A program made the position numbers and the translations under genes. Below the pieces are notes generated by a model. It did no database searches and was not told where the DNA came from. It saw only the letters and a list, made by a program, of their open reading frames with translations. From the NCBI GenBank assembly GCA_951406725.2, contig OX597828.1, positions 24,552,001 to 24,616,000 of the forward strand: a stretch of DNA of 64,000 bases. Direction: 5' to 3'. Positions 63,173-64,000 of this stretch are shown here, piece after piece (positions within the stretch are counted from its first letter, which is position 1; every line of letters begins with the position of its first letter). Source of the stretch: Octopus vulgaris. Its lineage: Eukaryota.

Positions 63173-63640
63173 TGTTCGTTTTAGACATTTTTACCTTGTA
63201 TTATTTTATCGAGCTTAATGTTTATATTATAAAAACAATTACATAAGTCTATTTTGATTTTATTATCCGATGTTTTATTAATACCCCACCACCACCACCA
63301 CACACAAAAAAAACTTGTAAAAGTAACAACACTGATTCTTTTTAGTATCTATAATTTTAACGCCTGCATCTAACTTTTGAACTTTCTTTTTTTTTCAATC
63401 AATCTTTTTATTCTTGAAATTTGAAAATAAGGAATTTAGTATCTGCAATAATAATGATGGATATTAAATTAATAATATATATATAAATAAGAATGATATC
63501 AATAATAATAATGCTGATGATCACAATAATGACGAAAAACAATATCAAAATTACTTGAAAAATCGATAAGGAATTACCCAAATTTTGCAAACGTATTTAT
63601 ATGCACACACAAACACACCCACTGACACACACTGATACAT

Positions 63641-63745
<105 letters not shown>

Positions 63746-64000
63746 GATATATATATATATATATCCATACACACATATATATTTATGTGTATATATATAT
63801 ATGTATGTGTGTATGTATGTATGGTTTACATGGATAAAGAGCACTCATACGTGGTAATAGCTGTATCAGTTTTCCAAATAATCTGTTATGTGTTCTGAAT
63901 AGCAAAACCATTAATATTGTACTGTTTCACTCTTTGGCAGGCAGAAAAAAAGAAAATGAATAAATAAATACAATTATATCTGAAATGCTGTTGCTTCAAT

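Overview
This is eukaryotic, very AT-rich, microsatellite-saturated genomic DNA. The SINE families and repeat landscape suggest an Octopus (coleoid cephalopod) genome, which is an inference. The only clear host gene is the 3' part of a minus-strand proprotein/prohormone convertase of the PC1/3 (PCSK1-like, subtilisin/kexin S8B) type. Nine GT-AG exons from 60590 to the stop at 24846 splice in frame into about 496 aa. They carry the catalytic His and Ser, the oxyanion Asn, an RGD-bearing P domain and a charged tail with no transmembrane or Cys-rich region. The signal, pro and catalytic-Asp exons were not found and probably lie beyond the right edge. The rest of the window holds several tRNA-derived SINE families, decayed RLE-type (R4/Dong-like) LINE fragments sitting in (TAA)n or (TACA)n arrays, mariner remnants and a non-autonomous Helitron. 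It also has short Penelope-like (PLE) repeats carrying minimal type-I hammerhead ribozyme motifs and many (near-)perfect palindromes. Almost all ORFs in the supplied track are microsatellite artefacts. Repeat boundaries are approximate; exon boundaries were read base by base.
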